A stretch of DNA of 62,817 bases, the filler included. It is 4 parts of 4 records of this genome, joined end to end, with 100 filler letters (N's around TTAATTAATTAA, not from the genome) between each part and the next. Parts side by side here need not be neighbours in the genome. Positions count along the whole stretch, not along the records: positions 47,277 to 62,817 come from SRR16203515_1236; 3 more parts are not named here. The stretch is one strand, 5' to 3'. Both the position numbers and the translations under genes were made by a program. The notes under the pieces are model-generated. The model was not told the DNA's origin, ran no database searches, and worked only from the letters and a program-made list of their open reading frames with translations. Positions 49,064 through 62,817 of the stretch are shown in pieces (within the stretch, counting starts at the first letter, position 1; each line of letters opens with the position of its first letter).

Positions 49064-50017
49064 GTGCGGATTATTATTGGTATTTTTTTTCTATGCTTAT
49101 TATTTAAATTCGATTTTTCGGCTGCGTCCCATAAAGAGGTCGTAGTTCTGCCTTTGAATGCTTGGGCAAGCCAACGGGTTTTAACAAAAGTGGTTGCTAA
49201 GAAAATAGAAAATTTAGGTTATAAAGTTGAGTTTGTAGAAATAGGCTCAACCGATCAGTGGGTTGCATTGAGAAAAGGCCTAATCCATTTACAAGTAGAA
49301 GTTTGGCAAAGTGAGCAAACAGGGCCTTTTTCAACCTACGTAAATAAAGGGTTTATTGTTGATGTAGGTAGCCACCAAGCTTTAGGTAGAGAAGACTGGT
49401 GGTACCCTGAGTATGTTGAAAAAAACTGTAAAGGATTACCAGATTGGCGCGCATTAAATAATTGTGCAAGTATTTTTAATGTTGATAACAACGCTGAAAA
49501 AGGAATTTTTTATACCGGACCATGGCATTATCGCGATGCTGATTTAATCAGGGCGCTTAAATTAAACTTCACTATTGAAAGATTAAAAGATGCTAAGTCT
49601 CTTTGGCAAAAATTAAAACAAGCTAAAGAATCAAGTCAACCTATTGTTCTACTTAATTGGACTCCTAATTGGGTGGATGTTCGTATTAAAGGGAAGTTTG
49701 TTGAATTTCCTGAGTATGAAGAGGCGTGTGAATTAGAGCCCACTTGGGGGCAAAATAAAAAAATGCTTCATGATTGTGGCAATACAAAAAATACATTATT
49801 AAAAAAAGCAGCTTGGCCTGGACTTGAATCAAAATTCCCCTGTATTTATGCACTTCTCAAAAAAATTAATTTTAATAACGACATGATTTCAGAAGCATCA
49901 GCTTTAGTTTCTGCTGATGGTTTTTCTGAGGAGCAATCTGTCGCGCTATGGCTAAAAAAATATGCAAAACAAAATCAGCAATGGTTAGATTTTCAATGTT
50001 CCGAGTTTGATCATTAA
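49064..50017 (+). CDS. Glycine betaine/ProX-like substrate-binding protein
   Basis: WASQ, QVEVW, WWYPEYV...CKGLPDW and WTPNW motifs; no permease adjacent. Confidence 0.8.
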   Translation: MRIIIGIFFLCLLFKFDFSAASHKEVVVLPLNAWASQRVLTKVVAKKIENLGYKVEFVEIGSTDQWVALRKGLIHLQVEVWQSEQTGPFSTYVNKGFIVDVGSHQALGREDWWYPEYVEKNCKGLPDWRALNNCASIFNVDNNAEKGIFYTGPWHYRDADLIRALKLNFTIERLKDAKSLWQKLKQAKESSQPIVLLNWTPNWVDVRIKGKFVEFPEYEEACELEPTWGQNKKMLHDCGNTKNTLLKKAAWPGLESKFPCIYALLKKINFNNDMISEASALVSADGFSEEQSVALWLKKYAKQNQQWLDFQCSEFDH

Positions 50018-50682
50018 ATTGAGTTAGTGATCAATTTTGATCTCGCCATTTTCGATATTTTTAAAAAGATCTTTGCATTGCGAACTAGAAATTAGAGATT
50101 GAAATTTCTGGTTAATAATAAAACTGAAGTTGTTCTAATTTTGAACTTTAAGCGCATGACTTATATTGGTTTTTATTTCCGATCTTATTAATTATTAAGG
50201 TGTGTTTTATAGGTTTTGTTTACATATTAACATTGTTAACAATTTGATAACTGCTAGCCAGGTGTTTTTTGCTTGATTGTTTACATGTCATTAAATTTAA
50301 AGTTGTTTATTTGATCGCTTGGGGTGAGTGGAAGTTTTAAGTTATTAACCATTACTTGTATTATTTTTACTATATGAACTGAACGTTATTTAAGCAGGTG
50401 ATATATTGATTTCTGTGATTTAAAGAAAGTGATAGATCTATTATTTTGCTTAGCAAATCTGAATTACTCACTATTTATACTATAGTTAATGAGATCTAAA
50501 CGACTAGGTTCACAATTGCTATGGATGTGAATGAATGTCCAATAAATTTATTTTTTGAAGCTCTTTTTTAGAGCTGATAACGGGGAATGCAATTGGTTAA
50601 AAGCATTAATTGGATTTGTTATTTTAAATCAAATTTAGTTATCTTTATTCAATGTCAAGTTAGGCGTGTGAACTATTTTAAT

Positions 50683-53600
50683 ATGCAATTTTTTTATTTA
50701 TTACTGTGTGTTTTATGTGTTTCAAATTTTGTAATGGCTAAGCCGCAGGAAATTTTTACTGATGTAAACTCTCCAATGACAAATTACACTCCAGAGTCAG
50801 GTTTAAGCCAAGTGACTGTGAATGCAATCACACAAGATGCAGCTGGGTTTATGTGGTTTGGGACTCAAACAGGTTTAAATCGATTCGATGGTTATGAATT
50901 TATTCAATATAGAGCTACACCGGCATCAGACAAGCACTTAGCTGGAAATTTTATAACTACCTTACAGAGTTGTGAAGATAATAAGTTATGGATTGGTACA
51001 ACGAGTGGATTGAGCTCATATGATTTAAATACTGGTTTATTTCGTTCGTTTTTAAATAATTTTAATCATGTGATACCTTCAGATAATGTTCAAAAAATAG
51101 CATGTTCAAAAGAATATATTTTTGTAGGTACTCAGGCAAATGGTGCATACAAGATTAGCTTACATGATTTTAAAGTATCAATACTTCAGGGAACACAAAA
51201 CTTAAAAGTGCTGGATATGAGGCTGTCTTTAAATCATGTGTTTATAGCAACGGATGAAGGTTTATTTTCTGTTGATCGTAATACGTCAAAATTAAAAAAG
51301 CATACAAATAAAGCGCTTAATACCATTGCTATTCTAGAAGGGTTTATTGCTTTAGGGCGAAATGATGCTTGGTTAGAATATTACATGATAACGGGATCAG
51401 ATCTTGAGTTACAATGGCGCCATTCTCTAGCTGAAAATGATAAAAATAGGATCAAAGTAGCTGTTAAACAAAGTAATATGCTTTATATAGGAACAAATTT
51501 AGGCGTGTCAGTCTTTGATTCAAATGGTATGTTGCTGGAAAATTATCAACATAATGACTTAATATCAGATAGCTTAGCCGATGATATTGTATTGTCATTA
51601 CATATTGATAATAAGTTTGGTCTTTGGATTGGAACAAACTCAGGTGGTGTGAGTTACTTCTCCAAAGAATTAAAAAAGTTTGGTCATATAAACCAACAAA
51701 ATTATCAAGAAAGTCCTATAGATCATGTAGATATTAGAGCGTTTTCTTCTGATGGAAAAAATCAAATTTGGTTTGCAACAACAAAAGGTGCATATGTTTT
51801 TATTAATGAGCAATTTATTAAAGCTGATATATTGTACGATGAATTACAGCCTTTAAAAAGTTCATTTATAACTAACTTTTTTATAAATGGCGATGATATT
51901 TGGTTCACTACTCGTGGTGATGGTATTACTCGGTTTAATACTCATACTCATAAGTTTGAACAATACTCTTCGAAATTTAAGAATTCTCCTGCAGTATCTG
52001 TTAATGATTTAGTTTTATATGATAATAATATAATAGCAAGTTCAAGAGGTTATGGTCTTTTACGTTTTGATGAAAGTAAAAATAAGTTTGTAACTTATCT
52101 TGTAGATAAAAAAAATATGTCTATGGACATTACAGATCTTTTAGTCAAAGATGATGATTTATGGTTTGGTTCTGTTGGATCTGGTTTATTTAAGTTTAAT
52201 GGGAATAGTCTAGATCAGTTAAGTACTTCTGATGGCTTAATTTCTGATATTGTTTTTTCACTTGCTGTTGATGATAAAAATAGGATTTGGAGTACAAGTG
52301 ATGTTGGAATTAATATTTTAAATAATGATTTAAAATTAATCGAAACTCTAAATCAAGAAAAAGGATTGAGCAATGAATCGGTGTGGAGTATCGTTTTTGA
52401 TGACATAAATAGTATGTGGGTTGGTACCAGTGGTGGTTTAGCTAGAATCAATGTAAATTCTTTTGATATTGATAATTACACTGCACTTGAAGGGGCTCAG
52501 AGTGCTGAATTTAATTTTGGTGCTGCTTGGAAATCAAAAAAAGGTAGAATATTTTTAGGGGGCACTAATGGGTTTAATCAGTTTTTACCTGAAGAAATAC
52601 TTGAAGTTGAAGGAACCCCTAACTTACTATTAAACTCAATCTCTATTTTAGGTGAAGATATTACACCTAGCAACTCACCAAAAATAATTCAACTTCAGCC
52701 ACATTTTATTAAAGAAATTACGCTAGAGCATCAACAAGATATTATGTCATTCAGCTATGTTGTGCTCGCTTTTGCTAATCATCAACAAGTTTCATATTTC
52801 TATCGTATTATTGGCTTATCTGAAAAATGGTTGCCTATGGATAGTAGCCGTCAAGTGAATTTATTAAAACCTCCTCCTGGAAATTATACGATAGAAGCTT
52901 ATGCCGTCGATCAGCATGGTAATAAATCGAATATACATCAATTAAATGTCCAATTATTAGCGCCATGGTGGTGGAGCAAATTTAGTAAAGTTATTTATGG
53001 ATTATTGGTCAGTAGCATTATTATTTTGACTTTTTTATATCGTTATTGGGTTTATAAGCAAGTAATAAAAGACAATCATGCAATGGCTGAATTAAAACAA
53101 AGATTAGAGCTATCTTTATGGGCAAGTGGAGATGAATTATGGGATTGGGATTTAATCAAAAATAAAATACGTCGTTATACAGTGGAATCTCGCATTGATT
53201 ATGGAGAGGGTGAAAATGGCGAAAGTATTGATTTTATTCATATTGAAGATAGAGATGCATTGCATAAAAAAATAGATGCCTGCTTAAATCAAGGTGTTGA
53301 TAGTTATGAGTTAGCAGTACGAGTTAAAGATTTTTTTGGTAATTGGTGTTGGGTATTAGATAGAGGAAAAGTTGTCAATAGAGATAAAAACGGCAAAGTA
53401 ACACGTATTGCTGGCTCGATGAGAGATATCGCTGCTCTCAAACAGCATGAGGACTCTTTACAAGACTTAAATGACAAGTTAGAGCAAAAAGTGGCGTTAA
53501 GAACAGCTGAAATATCTAAAAAAAACGAAGCATTAAAAAGTGCAATGTCTCAATTGGAGATAGCGCAAGAAGAGTTAGTCGAAAGTGAAAAAATGGCTTC

Positions 53601-54321
53601 TTTAGGTAATTTAGTTGCAGGTATTTCTCATGAAATAAATACACCTCTTGGAATTGCTATGACAGCTATTACGCATAATCAAGATTGCCTTATTGAAATG
53701 CAAAATAAATTAGATAATCAAACTTTGACGCAAGATGATTTATTGCAATCAAATAAAAATCAAAAAGAAGGTTATAGGTTAATCTTAAAAAATTTAGATA
53801 GGGCAAATCATTTAATTTCAAGCTTTAAGCAAGTGGCAGTGGATCAAAGTTCAGAAACACAAAGGGAAATTGAAATAACAGAATATATACATGAAGTAAT
53901 GAATTCCGTTAAACCATTATTTAATAAAAAGATAATTGAAGTTGTTATACATGGCCCTGAATCTTTAACCATAAATACTTACCCAGGCCCTATTTATCAA
54001 ATTATCACTAATCTTGTTAACAATTCTGTTTTGCATGCCTTTGAACATCTCGAAAAAGGTGAAATTCGAATCGAAATTAGCATTCTTGAAGGCAGAATAT
54101 GTTTGAATTATTTTGATAATGGCAAAGGTATGGATCTTTATATGCTTAAACATATATTTGACCCTTTTGTTACCAGTAAACGTAATCAAGGCGGCAGTGG
54201 ATTAGGTATGAATATCGTTTATAACTTAGTAACTCAAGTTTTAACGGGTGAAATAAAATGTTTCTCAAGCCTTGAAAGTGGCTTTGAAGTTAAAATTTAT
54301 TTTCCGGTGAGTATTAGTTAA
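50683..54321 (+). CDS. Sensor histidine kinase with beta-propeller/Y_Y_Y periplasmic domain, PAS, HisKA and HATPase (ORF could start at 50587)
   Basis: GLSQ...QDAAGFMWFGTQTGLNRFDG repeats, PPGNYTIE, PWW TM, ISHEINTPLG, DNGKG and GSGLG motifs. Confidence 0.9.
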   Translation: MQFFYLLLCVLCVSNFVMAKPQEIFTDVNSPMTNYTPESGLSQVTVNAITQDAAGFMWFGTQTGLNRFDGYEFIQYRATPASDKHLAGNFITTLQSCEDNKLWIGTTSGLSSYDLNTGLFRSFLNNFNHVIPSDNVQKIACSKEYIFVGTQANGAYKISLHDFKVSILQGTQNLKVLDMRLSLNHVFIATDEGLFSVDRNTSKLKKHTNKALNTIAILEGFIALGRNDAWLEYYMITGSDLELQWRHSLAENDKNRIKVAVKQSNMLYIGTNLGVSVFDSNGMLLENYQHNDLISDSLADDIVLSLHIDNKFGLWIGTNSGGVSYFSKELKKFGHINQQNYQESPIDHVDIRAFSSDGKNQIWFATTKGAYVFINEQFIKADILYDELQPLKSSFITNFFINGDDIWFTTRGDGITRFNTHTHKFEQYSSKFKNSPAVSVNDLVLYDNNIIASSRGYGLLRFDESKNKFVTYLVDKKNMSMDITDLLVKDDDLWFGSVGSGLFKFNGNSLDQLSTSDGLISDIVFSLAVDDKNRIWSTSDVGINILNNDLKLIETLNQEKGLSNESVWSIVFDDINSMWVGTSGGLARINVNSFDIDNYTALEGAQSAEFNFGAAWKSKKGRIFLGGTNGFNQFLPEEILEVEGTPNLLLNSISILGEDITPSNSPKIIQLQPHFIKEITLEHQQDIMSFSYVVLAFANHQQVSYFYRIIGLSEKWLPMDSSRQVNLLKPPPGNYTIEAYAVDQHGNKSNIHQLNVQLLAPWWWSKFSKVIYGLLVSSIIILTFLYRYWVYKQVIKDNHAMAELKQRLELSLWASGDELWDWDLIKNKIRRYTVESRIDYGEGENGESIDFIHIEDRDALHKKIDACLNQGVDSYELAVRVKDFFGNWCWVLDRGKVVNRDKNGKVTRIAGSMRDIAALKQHEDSLQDLNDKLEQKVALRTAEISKKNEALKSAMSQLEIAQEELVESEKMASLGNLVAGISHEINTPLGIAMTAITHNQDCLIEMQNKLDNQTLTQDDLLQSNKNQKEGYRLILKNLDRANHLISSFKQVAVDQSSETQREIEITEYIHEVMNSVKPLFNKKIIEVVIHGPESLTINTYPGPIYQIITNLVNNSVLHAFEHLEKGEIRIEISILEGRICLNYFDNGKGMDLYMLKHIFDPFVTSKRNQGGSGLGMNIVYNLVTQVLTGEIKCFSSLESGFEVKIYFPVSIS

Positions 54322-54395
54322 AGCGTTTTATAACCTAATTAGACAACTTCATTAGATTATAAAACGAGGGGAATTACTTTAATATAAAGTAGTTA

Positions 54396-60085
<5,690 letters not shown>

Positions 60086-60259
60086 TCATAATTAGTCGTC
60101 GTTCTTCAATAAAAATGCGTGTAAATACTTAAACTTTTTTAGTTGGATTATTTCAGCGGTTTAATTTAAGGGGCTTGAGGCTTGTCTCTTAATAGTGCAG
60201 TCGCATATTTAATCGGGTAAACTCGAGTCATACTTATTTTATTGATGGACTAACGTTTA

Positions 60260-62338
60260 GTGTCTGAAAAAATATCTGAAACTTTTAAAGCAATTAAAGC
60301 GCCGATAGCAAAAAAATTATCACATTTAATGACTCACCATGATCACCAAAGAGACGATAGCTACTACTGGATGCGTGATGATGAACGTCAAAATGAAGAA
60401 ATACTTGCTCATCTAAAAGCTGAAAATGATTACTGTGATCATATCTTAGCTGGCCAAAAACCATTAGAAGATAAGATTTTTGAAGAACTGAAAGGTCGCA
60501 TTGTAAAAGATGACAGCACAGTGCCTGTACGTGATGGTGATTTTTGGTACCACAATACGGTAAGTGGTGATGATGAATTTGCATGTCACTACAGAACAAC
60601 TAGCTTTGAAGGTGCTAATAAACTTTTATTATTAGATGTAAATCAGCTTGCCAGTGATTATGAATTTTATGAACTTGGTGATATCTCAATAAGCCAAAAT
60701 GACGAATTACTTGCCTACAGCGAAGATACCGATGGTCGCCGAATTTATACTATACGTTTTAAAGATATTAACTCAGGTGAATACCTAAGTGATGTATTAG
60801 AAAATACCGAAGGTCAAACGGTTTGGGCTAATGATAATAAAACCGTTTATTACGTTAAAAAAGACTTACAAACTTTATTAGGCTTTGAAGTTTATCGTCA
60901 TAAGCTAGGTACAGCTCAAGCTGATGATGTTTTAGTTTATCAAGAAAATGATCGCAGCTATTACATGGGGTTAGGTAAAAGCCGTGACGAGAGTTTAATT
61001 TTCATCGACCTTGAATCTACTGAAAGTAGCGATACTTGGATTTTAGATGCTAACAATCCTGATGGTGAGTTTTCTCAAGTAATTGAACGTGAAGAAAAGC
61101 ATGAGTTTGATATCAATAAACTAGGTGATGTTTTTTATATCACAACCAATTGGCAGGCTAAAAACTTCAGGTTAATGACTGCAAATCAAGATACGATTCA
61201 TGATAAAACCCAATGGCAAGAATGTATTGCTCATAGAGAAAACGTACTGTTTGAAGGCGTAGAGTTATTTACTAACTTTATGGTGGTGACAGAGAGAGAG
61301 CTTGGCCAAATTCGCTTTGTAGTTTATAAAAAAGATGGCACGCAATACCCGTTAGAATTTAACGACCCTTGTTATTATGCTGCTGTGGGTGATAACCCTG
61401 AGCCAAGTAGTGAAACAGCAAGACTATATTATTCAAGCTTAACAACACCGGGTTCATTATTTGAATTTGATTTAAATACTGGTGAGCGTAAATTACTGAA
61501 ACAACAAAAAGTACTAGGTGACTTTAACGCTGATAATTATGGTTCAGAGCGTTTATTTATTGAAGCCAGAGATGGTGTAAAAGTGCCGGTATCTATTGTT
61601 TATCATAAAGAAAAATTCAAAAAAGATGGCACAAACCCATTATTTCAATACGGTTATGGCGCGTATGGCATCACAATCGACCCAAATTTCTCAAGCGGTG
61701 CTTTAAGCTTATTAGATCGCGGTTTTGTATATGTAATTGCACATATTCGTGGTTCAGAAATGTTAGGCCGTGATTGGTACGATAATGGTAAAAAACAGTT
61801 TAAACAAAATACCTTTAATGACTTTATCGACGTAACAAAAGCTTTAGTAGCGCAAGGCTATGGTGCTGAAGATAAAGTATGTGCATCGGGCGGTAGTGCA
61901 GGTGGTTTATTAATGGGCGCAGTGGTAAACCAAGCTCCTGAACTTTATAAAGGCATTGGCTGTCATGTACCATTTTTAGATGTATTAACTACTATGCTTG
62001 ACGAAAGTATTCCGCTAACAACAAATGAATATGATGAGTGGGGTAATCCAAACGATAAAGCGGATTACGATACCATTTTAGCTTATTCGCCTATTGATAA
62101 TATCAAGCAGCAAGCGTATCCAAATACTTTAGTGACTACAGGTCTACATGACTCTCAAGTACAGTATTGGGAACCAATGAAGTGGGTTGCTAAAATGCGT
62201 GAATATAAAACAGACGATAATGTTTTAGTATTTAAAACAGATATGGATGCTGGTCATGGCGGTGCATCAGGCCGTTTTAAAAGCTTAAAAGAAAAAGCCT
62301 TAGAAATGGCATTCTTCATCACCCTCACCAACGAATAA
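60260..62338 (+). CDS. ptrB: Oligopeptidase B (S9A)
   Basis: DSYYWMRD, GGSAGG, HDSQVQYWEP and AGHGG motifs. Confidence 0.93.
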   Translation: MSEKISETFKAIKAPIAKKLSHLMTHHDHQRDDSYYWMRDDERQNEEILAHLKAENDYCDHILAGQKPLEDKIFEELKGRIVKDDSTVPVRDGDFWYHNTVSGDDEFACHYRTTSFEGANKLLLLDVNQLASDYEFYELGDISISQNDELLAYSEDTDGRRIYTIRFKDINSGEYLSDVLENTEGQTVWANDNKTVYYVKKDLQTLLGFEVYRHKLGTAQADDVLVYQENDRSYYMGLGKSRDESLIFIDLESTESSDTWILDANNPDGEFSQVIEREEKHEFDINKLGDVFYITTNWQAKNFRLMTANQDTIHDKTQWQECIAHRENVLFEGVELFTNFMVVTERELGQIRFVVYKKDGTQYPLEFNDPCYYAAVGDNPEPSSETARLYYSSLTTPGSLFEFDLNTGERKLLKQQKVLGDFNADNYGSERLFIEARDGVKVPVSIVYHKEKFKKDGTNPLFQYGYGAYGITIDPNFSSGALSLLDRGFVYVIAHIRGSEMLGRDWYDNGKKQFKQNTFNDFIDVTKALVAQGYGAEDKVCASGGSAGGLLMGAVVNQAPELYKGIGCHVPFLDVLTTMLDESIPLTTNEYDEWGNPNDKADYDTILAYSPIDNIKQQAYPNTLVTTGLHDSQVQYWEPMKWVAKMREYKTDDNVLVFKTDMDAGHGGASGRFKSLKEKALEMAFFITLTNE

Positions 62339-62390
62339 AAAAAAAGGGGTCGGAGTCAATAAACGTCTTTATTAACTCCGACCCCTTTTT
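62337..62390. terminator. Bidirectional terminator / REP-like hairpin
   Basis: AAAAAGGGGTCGGAGT...ACTCCGACCCCTTTT between convergent genes. Confidence 0.75.
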
Positions 62391-62401
62391 AAGTTGTGTG
62401 G

Positions 62402-62817
62402 TTAACGCAGTTTGTTGCCTTGCGTATCCCAAACTTCTACGTCGCCTAAGTTTAACTTTTTAATATCGGCTTCAATTTTATTTAAGTCACCTACTACAAC
62501 CCAAACCATAGCATTTGGATCAAATGCTGATTTAGCAAGTTCAGCCATCATTTCTGGCGTCATGTTGTCGTATTTACTTTGTAGTGCTTCAGCAGACTTT
62601 TGTGGACGTTCAAGGTTATTATTGCTAACCATATGACCTAAAACAGTTTTAGCTTGCTCAAATTTGCCTGGTAAAGTTAATGTCTTGCTTTTAACAAATA
62701 AATCAAGCTCAGCTTGTGTCGCTGGGTGTGTACTTCTATAGCGGGTGATTTCACCAATAACCTCATTCATCGCATCGGCTGTTTTATCACTTTGTACTGG
62801 TGCATAGTTATACCAAA
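62402..62817 (-). CDS. M16 family (insulinase-like) peptidase C-terminus (5' truncated)
   Basis: Frame open to the window edge: YAPVQSDKT...TLTLPGKFE...WVVVGD. Confidence 0.78.
   Translation of the reverse strand, partial: WYNYAPVQSDKTADAMNEVIGEITRYRSTHPATQAELDLFVKSKTLTLPGKFEQAKTVLGHMVSNNNLERPQKSAEALQSKYDNMTPEMMAELAKSAFDPNAMVWVVVGDLNKIEADIKKLNLGDVEVWDTQGNKLR

Overview
The window is four unrelated contigs joined by 100-nt N linkers containing TTAATTAATTAA (15901-16000, 23556-23655, 47177-47276), so adjacency across linkers is meaningless. Contig 1 (1-15900) is part of a P2/186/K139-like temperate prophage, probably from Vibrio (inference). It carries terminase, scaffold, portal, ogr, rolling-circle Rep A with its internal ori, cII, cox/apl and cI, plus two AT-rich cargo blocks that look like anti-phage hotspots. 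The first block is a TM protein plus an RxxxxH HEPN-like protein between portal and ogr. The second, downstream of cI, holds a WYL-BRCT protein, small ORFs, a membrane coiled-coil protein ending in an SSB-like DDIPF tail, and an EEP nuclease plus partner bracketed by two copies of one terminator. The head module is rearranged: the terminase 5' half and the scaffold gene are inverted, giving an in-frame scaffold-terminase fusion. Contig 2 (16001-23555) is Vibrio-like chromosome (LysR, GGDEF-EAL, M23 peptidase, GFA, YoaK, YjiH). Contig 3 (23656-47176) is Alteromonas-like housekeeping DNA (queC/queE, asnB, cysD-cysC-cysQ-cysN, putP, ECF sigma, batD). Contig 4 (47277-62817) is an AT-rich marine gammaproteobacterium (TonB receptor, beta-propeller histidine kinase, secreted GH2 + GH63 YgjK pair, ptrB, M16 peptidase). 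All family calls come from motif recognition by eye; no database searches were run.
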